A stretch of DNA of 64,000 nucleotides, from the NCBI GenBank assembly GCA_002245135.1, contig NGBS01001160.1:1-64000 (forward strand), given 5' to 3'. The stretch is from Proteromonas lacertae. Taxonomy: Eukaryota. Of this stretch, positions 54,282-64,000 are shown piece by piece. Both the position numbers and the translations under genes were made by a program. How positions within the stretch are numbered: position 1 is the stretch's first letter; every line of letters starts with the position of its first letter. The notes beneath the pieces were generated by a model. The model saw nothing but the letters and a program-made list of their open reading frames with translations, did not search any database and had not been told where the DNA came from.

Positions 54282-56646
54282 TTATAATAACAGTTGATCT
54301 ATTGCATTTAACACAATCTTCTCTTCATTTTCAATCCCACGATTATAACGTTTATTGTGATGTATTACGAGTAAAATAGTTGCAATTAATCCTATTATTA
54401 ACAGTGAAATAAAAATAATTGGAATATTCAATCTTCTATCACTTCTCTCGTTATTCTCAGTAGATTCAAATTTCAACAAAAATTCTTGAATTGTTACAAC
54501 GGAGCCACTATAAGCTTTAAAGTAGAAATCCAATATATGAATAGATTTATCTGATTTACCAAATATTATTAATGAATCTTTGTCCAATGTATAGTTAAAT
54601 GGTTTTGGTAAATTTTCAAACATTGCATATCTACTAACACCTCCAGTTTTATATCTCACTTCCATCTTTATTTCTGTATTAATTGGAATTATACTTCCTG
54701 GTTCTACATCAACATCATTAATCAAATCATGATAATAAAACCTATTTGGTTCATTTACTATTTCTACTCCAATATTCACAGTTGTGATATATGTTTTATA
54801 TTCAGCTATTATAGTGACTGTATATTCTGTCATTTTACTTTCTATCATCGGAGTTCCAATGATTTCACCATTAATGACATTTATTGATAGTCCTTCTGGT
54901 AAGTCTGGATTTACCTTTACACTCTTTATATCCAGTAGATCATTCATCAATCTATTCGGAATGATTTTATTTCCAAATTGATACATAACTGTAGAATAAT
55001 TGTATTCCACTTCACCTTTTGACTCATAATAGAATTGTGGAATGACTTCTTTTCCATTCAATGTCATAGTAAAATTGAACTTTGGTACATTATAATCATT
55101 AGTATATCCAATTGTAAATGGATATAACTGTTTATCAAAATCACAAATGTCTTTACCAACATCTGCAGACTTACAATGATGAATTGCATATCCACAATAT
55201 GATCCAATCATAACATTGAATGAATCACTAAATTCAACTCTCAAATGATAACTTCCTTTCTCTTCAATTTTTATATAACCTGTCCAGAAAGCTGAAAATT
55301 CGCCATTAAAATCAACAGATAAATCATTAAATCTTTTTGTCTCAGGATCTGCTGTATGTATTATTTGATTCTCATGTCTAGCAGTATATACAGAAGATCT
55401 TCCATCACCTGGACGATACATACCTCCACAGTTATTAGCAAAGTCATCAGCTTTCAGGTAATACGCATCATATCCTGGTTTTAAAGTACCACTAACCGAT
55501 ATAGAAATTGTTATTACATTTGTAACTGAATGTGCATTTCTACAACTGATATGGTAAGTTTTTTCTTCTTGTTCTTCTTCGGTTTTACCTATAATACTGA
55601 AATAATTCCATTCGAAATATAATCCTTTTGGTAATGGTTCTTCTGAACTACATCTCAATCTATATCCATTCTTTATTTTTAGTTGAATAATCACATCAGA
55701 ATCATTGACAAAATGGTATTTGTATGAAGGTGATGATAATTCTAAAGCTGGTGTGTATGTATCATCATAAATATGAGCTGGTAGAGGAAGTTTCTCATCA
55801 GAATTTGGTCTAGAGTAGAATATTAACATAGATAATGGTTTAGTATCATGCCAATAATAACCTTCTGTGTCTACTTTCATTGAATGAACTCCTTTGTCTA
55901 AATGAATTTGTTTTACTTTTTCTATTCTCTCTGTTAAACATACTTCATATAAATCAATCTGCATCTCACCATCTACATAGAATATAGCAGTATCATAAAC
56001 TGACACATAAAACTTATAATCTCCTTCTTCTTCTATTGTCATATTCCAAGTTAGATTCATAAACATGGCTAAATCATTACACCCTGGGAATATTTCTATA
56101 AATTCACCAGCATCTTCATAACCATGCCAATTAGGGACATATGCAGCTCCACTCCAGTATTTGATGAAATTCATTGGTCCTTGATGACAAACATTAGAAT
56201 AATATTCGGTATAATTGTATCTTACTCCTTCTAAATCTAATACATTGTTAGGGTGGATATGAATATGAATGTCATAAGATTCTTTTGTTTCATCTATTCT
56301 AGCAGTTATAACGACTTTATATTCAATAGCTTTACTTCCTGGTATAATGGTCAATGCTCCAGTATCACTGTTTAACTCTATTCTACCTTCAGATTGATTT
56401 GGTGTTACAGCTGTATTCAGTGAGAATGATTTAACTACCTTATTACATGTGCATTGATATGCAACATCATAGTTTGGATACTTATATAGTTCAGTGAATG
56501 GGTAATGACATTCTAATTTCGCGTCAGCAGCATTAGCTATTGGGCCAGCTTCAATATAAACAAATGCATAACCTATTACTTGTATATAGATAACAAATTA
56601 TACATATCAAAATGAGATATAGTGTCTTTTTATTTAACATCTTCAT
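54282..56646 (-). CDS. Ig-like/PA14-like type I membrane surface protein (paralogue)
   Basis: Signal peptide exon from the ATG at 56646, the same LECHYP...GVRYNYT...module as the neighbouring gene, and a C-terminal TM. Confidence 0.8.
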
Positions 56647-56788
56647 TCAACACGCTAAAAATCAAAATAGAATAGAAAATACATCAAAAGTATTGTATTA
56701 TCTATTACTCTCTACACCATACACACACAAATAATATAGAATAAATAAAAATTAGACATTTATACTTTCTAAAACAAAACAAAAAAAA

Positions 56789-57972
56789 CTAATCATCTTC
56801 ATCAGAATCTTCTTCTTCCTCTTCTTCACCATCTCTTTCTTCTGCTGCTTTTCTTGCTTCTTCTTCAGCTATTCTCTTCATCTCAGCTAAATAAGCCTTT
56901 TGCTCAGCTTCTTCCTTTGTCATTAACATTTGTTCATTTTCCATTCTTTTCTTCTCTTCTTCTCTTCTTTGTCTTTCTTCCTCTAATTGTCTTATCTTCT
57001 CATTGTGAATTGTTCTTTCTTTTTGAATAGCTGCTCTTATTATTCTATCAATCATTCTTTCAGATAATGTCATTCCATTTAATACATATTGAGCTTGATC
57101 AAATAACCAAGGCATAAAGTCCTTTTCAATATCTTTAGCTGAAGTATCACCAAAGTAATCATTATCAAATAATTCCTTCATTACATTATTCTGCAATTCA
57201 TCTACTATTTGTTTAGCTACCAATCTAGAATCTATCTTTAATTGCTGTATCTTTTGTTTCTTCTTCCTTTCAGCTTCTTGAATTCTTCTCTTTTCTCTTT
57301 CTGCTATTAGACGTTTATCAGCTGCTTCCATTCTTTGTACTTCTAATAATTCAATATTTCTTCTATATTCAAATTCATATTTGTGTTTTTGTATATTCTT
57401 TTCTTCTTCTTCTTCTAACACTTCCATTAGTGCTTGTTCACATGTTTTTCCTGTTAATACTTCAAGTATTGGCTTAACTTCATAATCAAAATTAAATAAT
57501 TCATCTTCGGTTACTTGTGCTGCTGTTTCAACTAATATTTTGGCAGGTACAAATATGGGAGTTGGTGGACGATCTAGAAATTCATCGTTTTGTTCATATA
57601 TATCAAGTTCTCTTGGTATATCGTATATTGGTTCCATTGGTTCTTCTGGTTCTGGCTCTGGAGGAGGTTGTGGCTTCTTGTAATAGGATGCACGAAACAT
57701 GTGATTGCCATGTTTTCGATCAAATTCTCTTTGCTGTAATTCAAGTAACCTCTGTGCTTCTTCTTGATTGGCTCCTGTTAAAACATGAGATGAGTATGTA
57801 TTTCCACGAACTACACGTCTATCCCACATTATATTTGCTGGTTTACTAATAAATAGAAAATAGTTATATCATACGGCATCTCTTCCTCATCTTCACTACT
57901 ATTGTATGTTCTATAACGTGTTGTTGGAGCTAACGATTGAGGTGCTGCTGCGTATGTGTATGCCTGAGTCAT
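56789..57972 (-). CDS. RSP3: Flagellar radial spoke protein 3
   Basis: NIMWDRRVVRGNTY, FLDRPPTPIFVP and LFNFDYEVKPILEVLTGKTCEQALMEVLEEEE are diagnostic. One intron at ~57846-57874. Confidence 0.95.
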
Positions 57973-58262
57973 TTTATATTAGTTATTATATAATGGATAG
58001 TAACTTCAGAAAATTCTATTATAATTGTAAATTACTTGATCAAAAAATCAAAATAAAGAAAAATATAAAAAAACGGTATTGACGTAAATTACATGTCAAA
58101 ATTACACATTTTTAAACTTTATTATGTGCTTAGTATCTACACAGCTCATATGGTTGTAAATAGTTTAGACATAGCAATTATTGATTAAAATCGTGTAAAT
58201 AATAATTTTTAATTTTAATTAGAATTAGAGACAAACAAAAGTAAAACAATCTAGTACATATT

Positions 58263-61200
58263 TTAAGAGCTTCTGTTCATTTTTCTTTTAAGACTTTGAA
58301 TAAACGCATTTCTTTGATCTATTGAAAATTGATATCTTTTTACTTCTCTCTCTCCTTTAGCATTTAATCTATCTATTTCAAATGTTGCAATATAACTATC
58401 ACTCTTTTTAACTGTCATTTTACTTATGTTATCAACATCAGTTACATCTTCAACTTCAGCTTTCCCTATTTCATTCTTAAATGCTCTTAAAATGAACAAT
58501 TTATTCTTATATAAAGCTAAGTAATTTATTGTATTCTAAATAACAATAATAATAAAACATACTATTTTTATTCCCAATTTACTTTCTTTCTTTTCGCATT
58601 TAAAAATTTCACAGTAAAGTGAAAAATAATTAAAATGAAAAGTATCATGTAAAGATAATTTATCTAATGCTTCTAATGGAGACATTGTAATATCATATTC
58701 TTGGGGTTTATTTTTGTTCATTTGTTTCTTACCCCATTCTTTTAGATTCTTCATTATTTTTTCTTTCTTTTCTTTACCACTTTTATCACTAACAGTACTG
58801 CTTGTTTCATCTTCTTCATTATCATCAATTATTTCACTTATTGTTGTTGATGTTCTTGGAGTTTTATCTGTTGAAGTTGTGGTACTAGAAGATGATTGTG
58901 CTGATAATAATTCAGTATTTTTATCTTTCTTACCAAATTTGAAATGAGCAAAGCTAAATCTCCTCTTTGAAGATTCACTCTTATTATTATCTCCTTCATT
59001 TGTTGTTGTTGTTGTTTTATCAGCTTCTGTTGTTGTTTGTTTTTCTTCTTTTAATGCTTTATTGTTTATTTCTTCTTCTACAGCTAATGTTTTGCATCTA
59101 TGTCTTGATTTATTACTACTACTACCACCAGTTGTTGTATTCATTTTATGTATTTTCCATTTCATTTCTAATTTATCTTTTAATGAAGATTTTTTTGATT
59201 TATTCTCCTCTTTTGGTGGTGGTGGTTCACTCTCTGTTGTAGAAGCTGCTAATAATTCTTTTTGTTTTTGTTTTTCAGCTTTTTCTTCTTTACTCTTTTC
59301 TTCATATTCTTTCGCTTTTTCTTTCAATTTCTTAAAGGCACTTTTAGCATAATCAGATCCTTTACCTTTTGCTAATTTTGCATAATACAAAGCAGGATTA
59401 GTTTCCTTTAGATTTTTCTCTTTATTCAATTTACATATCAAACAATTCTTTTCATTATGATCAATCAAAAACCCAGGTTCAGTTTCCATTATAATATTAT
59501 GGCATTCCATATAACCACCTCTCATTACACTCACAAATGGGACATTCTCTAATAACAACTTATGTAATAAAGGAAACAGTCTATTAATTTCATCATCATC
59601 ATTTATACCTGTTGTCATTATAACTAAATGTGATCTACCTTTAATTGAATCAATTGTTGGTTTATATAAATCATCATAATCATCTAAATAGTCAGCATTT
59701 ACTGCTAAACTACCTCCTATATTACCATTCTTTATTTCATTATCACTTCTTGCATCGATTAAGATGTATTTATTATCAGTTTTACCTTTGATTAATGGAG
59801 TAATTATATCTTTTGCACTTATTGGCAAACACAAAGTGGAAGATAAATCACAAAAACCTAAATCAATTTTACTATAATCTGTCTTTTGAGATAAAACATT
59901 AGAAATACCATATCTTTCTTGTATTTGTAATTCCAATAGATGTTCTTTTCCTTTATATTTATTCAGCAAAGCTTCCACTGAACTAATACGAGAAGGTGAA
60001 TAGTTAGAATAAAATTGAGTTAATCTTTCCTTCCATATATCTTTCACATCTTCAACTAATTCTCTTCTCCCATCATCAACAATGTTAATATCCTGTAATA
60101 TTTGTTTGATATACTTCAATACACTGATTGGTGTACTTCTCTTTAATTGTTCAGTTTTGTTACTAATTTTATTATAATAATCTTTATCCTTCAACTGACG
60201 AATTGTGCTGAATATAGAATCACAGATTAATTGTGGACCTTTTAAAGCTAATAGTCTTTGTTTAATATCCAATATTATAGATAATAATAAGAATATAGTC
60301 CAACTAGCATCTTGATGTATAATACAATCATCCCAAATTGTCAATATTTCATTACTATGTAATAAAGGTAATTGATAATCACATGTAAACAAACTAATCA
60401 ATAGATTAGTTGGAATAAAACCACATTTTAATGATTTAGATGGATTATAGGGTAGTGAAGGAGGAGATTGAATCTCATTGGGTAATTGAAATGGTTCGTT
60501 TTGTTTATAAGGTGCAAACCAATATACATACTCTCTAGTTAAGAAATTAGATAATTCAGAATCATGATATGTTAATAACAATCTAAATAAATGATGTGGT
60601 CGAAGTATTGGTTGATAATTTGTATAGGAAATATACGGTGGACTATGACTGCACATTGCAGAAAAACAAGTAACTACTGCATCACTAGTCATTCCACTTA
60701 GAATTAGCGGAAATATTTTATCCACAAAAGATAATGACATACTAATATGAGGATGATGCTCACAGAATGTATAAATTATTTTGAACATATTTTTACTGAC
60801 AATATCATTATCATTGGAGATTCCATATTCTTTACATCTTTTATTCACTTCTTCTTTTAATTGTGTATAAAAATCATTATATTGATCATTCAATAAATTC
60901 TCATCTTTTTCATCAAATGGATTACTCACTGTGACTTCAGGTACATACCAGGGTACTAATATCATTTTCCATATTTCCTTTCTATACTGAGGTGGTAAAA
61001 TACAATTGTCAATTGTCGTACATAATGTAATTACTGTATTTACATCTGGTGAAGATGCTTCTATTTCTTTTTCTAATGCTTTTAGTTTATCTTCATTTGT
61101 TAAATGTTTTGGTGTTGATACACTGCTATGTACTTTTCCTGTAGTAAAATCAATTGTTTCGTCATCTTCTTCATTATCTTCTTCTTCATCGACTTCTCCT

Positions 61201-61869
61201 TCTTCATTGTTATTGAATGAATTCATAATGATTTGTTCTGGTTCTGATACTCTTTCTTCTCTTTCTTCTTCTTTTTCTAATTTGTTAGTATCTTTAACTG
61301 ATTCTTCCTTTTTTATTTCAGTTTTCTTTTCTATTTTTGGTTGAACAGGTGGTGGGATGGTTACAGGTGTTAAGATTGGTGGTGGAGCTGAAAAATTGGG
61401 AATTTGACTTGGTTTTTCGCCTAAAATGTCTACCATTTCTTTAGTGTATGTATTGTCATCTAAACCTATATCAGTGTCATTAGAAGTGGATTTATCAGTA
61501 GAAAAATGATCATAATCTGCTTTTAACCAATTCACAAATTGTTTAGAATCTCCTGAAGCAGTGGATGGTGGAGGTGCTATAGCAGGATTCTATAAAATAT
61601 ATAATTAAATAATGTATATACAGTAATGTTTGCACCTACAGAATTCAATAATGCATCAAGTTCATTGTCTAAATTAGAATCACTCTCCGCTATGCAACTA
61701 ATAAAAATAGAGTACATACTTTTCTTTGGTTCAATAAGAGGTTCAGGCTGAGAAGATTGGTATTCTTTTAAAATTGCGTCAAGATCATTATCTATTTCTC
61801 ATTATAAAAATGAATACCATTGTCAGATCCTTCAGAATCTTCAATAGCAAAAACATCGTTGCTGTCCAT
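58263..61869 (-). CDS. TBC (Rab-GAP-like) + rhodanese-like domain protein, TBC1D23-like
   Basis: RKEIWKMIL, FRLLLTYHDSEL and ILTIWD (TBC); ILIDARS...SVMRGGY...H (rhodanese-like). Confidence 0.75.
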
Positions 61870-61964
61870 TTACAACACTCAAATTTTTTAAAATCTATGT
61901 TTGAGTGAAGTTTGTCATAATTTGTCCGTTTTAAGTCGTTTTTGATATAAAAAATCAAATTTAG

Positions 61965-62830
61965 ATGTCTGAAGAGAATTTTGAGGAATTATATTCTGTG
62001 CTTGTATGTCCTGTGAATATAATCTTTTAGAAAGATCAATTAAAATATCAAGAAGCTCACTATTGTATTGAAAGAGTGTCTAGAATGATGTTATTCTTTT
62101 CAGTATATTGTTAATAAAATAATTGTAAATAGCTTCCAGAAGATATAGCCTCAAATCCAAAAGAATTGGTTTCTAATCTTGACAAATTATTAACTCCATA
62201 TACTGAATTAACAGGAATGGCTTTAGTATATCCTTCATCCTGTGCGATGATAATTGAAGCAGATGAAGACACAATGCTTAAGTTTATTAAAGAAATAGAT
62301 CAATTAACAGATTCAGTGGATGGTTATTTCGAGTCAGGTAGAATTGTAACAACATGTGAGAATTGCCCAGAACGTATATTTAAAAAACAAATAGTACAAC
62401 AAGTAACTAGAGCAAGAGTATGTTCATGTTTTTTCATTTCATTTTTTTTTAATAGGAACAAGAAGTAGATATAGAGGAAGATGGAGTAGCCAACAGTGCA
62501 CACAAACTATTTAACAATTTAATAACCATAGGACAGAAATTATTTGATCCAGCATTGTCTAATGAAGATTATAAAGCTGCAATACATTCAATGTCAAAAG
62601 GATTTGCACAATTATTGCCTTCCAATGAGAGAATATTGAAATATACAGAAAGTGATATGTTCTTTTCAACACAGGACTATGTTAATCAATTTTGCACTCC
62701 TGTTGACTCTTATGCTAGAAATGATCAAGAATGGCCTCAACAATACACTGTACCTACTTGGATTGTATTGACACAATCATTATATGCTAATACTGAAGAA
62801 GGAAGTGAACAAACTGCTACTCAAGCATAA
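61965..62830 (+). CDS. TEX47: TEX47/DYBLUP(MOT7)-like BLUF-related axonemal protein
   Basis: LTGMALVYPSSCAMIIEA...RIVTTCENCPERIF...LLPSNERI...YVNQFCTPVD...EWP pattern, recognised from memory. Three introns. Confidence 0.7.
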
Positions 62831-62987
62831 TCTTATTTAAATTAATTGTATTTTTTAAATATCTTGTTTAAAGGATGTTGAACCTTTATATAACACAAAA
62901 ACAACATATATTCACAAATAAATATAAATTTATATATACATAACATAAAAGAATTAAAAACATACATAATATTCTTATTCTCTTGAA

Positions 62988-64000
62988 CTATTTAGATATA
63001 ATAATAATAATATATATATTATACAAAATATCAATATGTTTCACATGCGTTCTTCTATATCTCTCAAATATAATAGCTGCAGTGATAATAGCAATTATCA
63101 GTAGAACAACTACTATTATAACTATAAGAACAGTATAATCCTTCTTTTCCTTTTCAACAATAGTATATGACATATGTTGGATGTTAGAATGAGTAAAAAT
63201 ACTATTAAATTCAATCAAACCATCGTAAAATGTATTAGAAGTTATATTATTGGCAAAATTCTTATTGAAATCATCCAATCTTTCTTTCTTAATTTCTATT
63301 CTTATTTTAACTTCATATGATTGTATATGTATTGCATAATTAGTAACTAAACCATCACTACTATAAATTGGGTTTTGAACTTTGGTTACTTGTTCTAAAT
63401 AAATCATATTTTCATCCTCTAAACCACAATAATCCACAATGTATTTATTCAGATTATATAAAACAGAAGGAACAACAATTGAATAATTAAAATCAACAAT
63501 AAACAATGTATAATGGATATAAACTGAAGATTCATCAGGTTCTAGTGAATAATCTAATTCTCTACAATTAGTTTCATCTATATTCTTTTCCAAACAGCAT
63601 TTTTTAAACAATTCCTTTTTCTAAAACCCATATAGCCTTCTCTACAGTAATTATACCCAATACTACCAACATAGGTTGAATTCCAATAATCATGATCAGA
63701 TACATAGATTTCAGCACATTTTAATGGCGTTATATTAATAGTTATTTCTACAGTGTAATTCATATCATCAATATAATAGGCAGTTACATTGTAAATAAAT
63801 ACACCGGTTTGTATAGCTACACCTGTTATATTTCCACTTGATCTATCAAATGACAGATCATCAACCATTGTACTTGGTGTTATTGTGTAATAGGATATTA
63901 ATGCACTTCCTAGGTTCATAACTGGTGAGATTATTCCTATATTTTGTTTTTCCATGAAATCTAAAGGTGGATAGTAAAATGAGTGTATATCTTCATCATT
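62988..64000 (-). CDS. 3' part of a third He_PIG/Cys-module type I membrane protein
   Basis: DLSFDRSSGNITG repeat, C..YWNST..YCREGYMG..RNC..W module and a TM. Frame break at ~63580; the 3' end may be spliced further. Confidence 0.7.

Noticed and set aside
3911..64000. Stop codons created by polyadenylation (Blastocystis TGTTTGTT system)
   Set aside because: Every gene I could model ends in a genomic stop. GT-rich tracts follow some stops (e.g. ~24100-24130 and ~56770-56788 on the minus strand), but I found no stop-less gene.
1..64000. Alternative genetic code or prokaryotic origin
   Set aside because: Most ORF breaks are explained by short GT-AG introns, long ORFs are open in the standard code, and TAA, TAG and TGA all end genes.

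Overview
Very AT-rich (about one quarter GC by eye), gene-dense eukaryotic nuclear DNA. Most introns are short (~25-40 nt) and GT(AT)...TAG. A mitochondrion-targeted phosphoglycerate mutase, tiny introns and expanded He_PIG/PA14-like surface proteins point to a gut stramenopile of the Blastocystis/Proteromonas group; this is inference, not identification. Bases 1-~3900 are the right-hand part of an intronless endogenous Polinton-like virus/virophage-type element: a frameshifted probable major capsid gene, a frameshifted A32/FtsK-type packaging ATPase that the ORF track only partly shows, and two paralogous orphan genes. The rest holds about 29 host genes. These include RPB9, eIF4A, dPGM, NOL8-like, SET, DOT1-like, RUS, RCE1, a head-to-head GBP/atlastin pair, a four-domain Ca2+ channel, RSP3, TEX47/DYBLUP-like, TBC-rhodanese and three Ig-like surface proteins. 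Other signals: a recurrent GGCTTGA motif in the tiny promoters, a second GTAA(A/T)TTAC motif, a 14-bp inverted repeat between the GBP genes, and several host-gene frameshifts not explained by typical introns. Exon boundaries were read by eye and are approximate.
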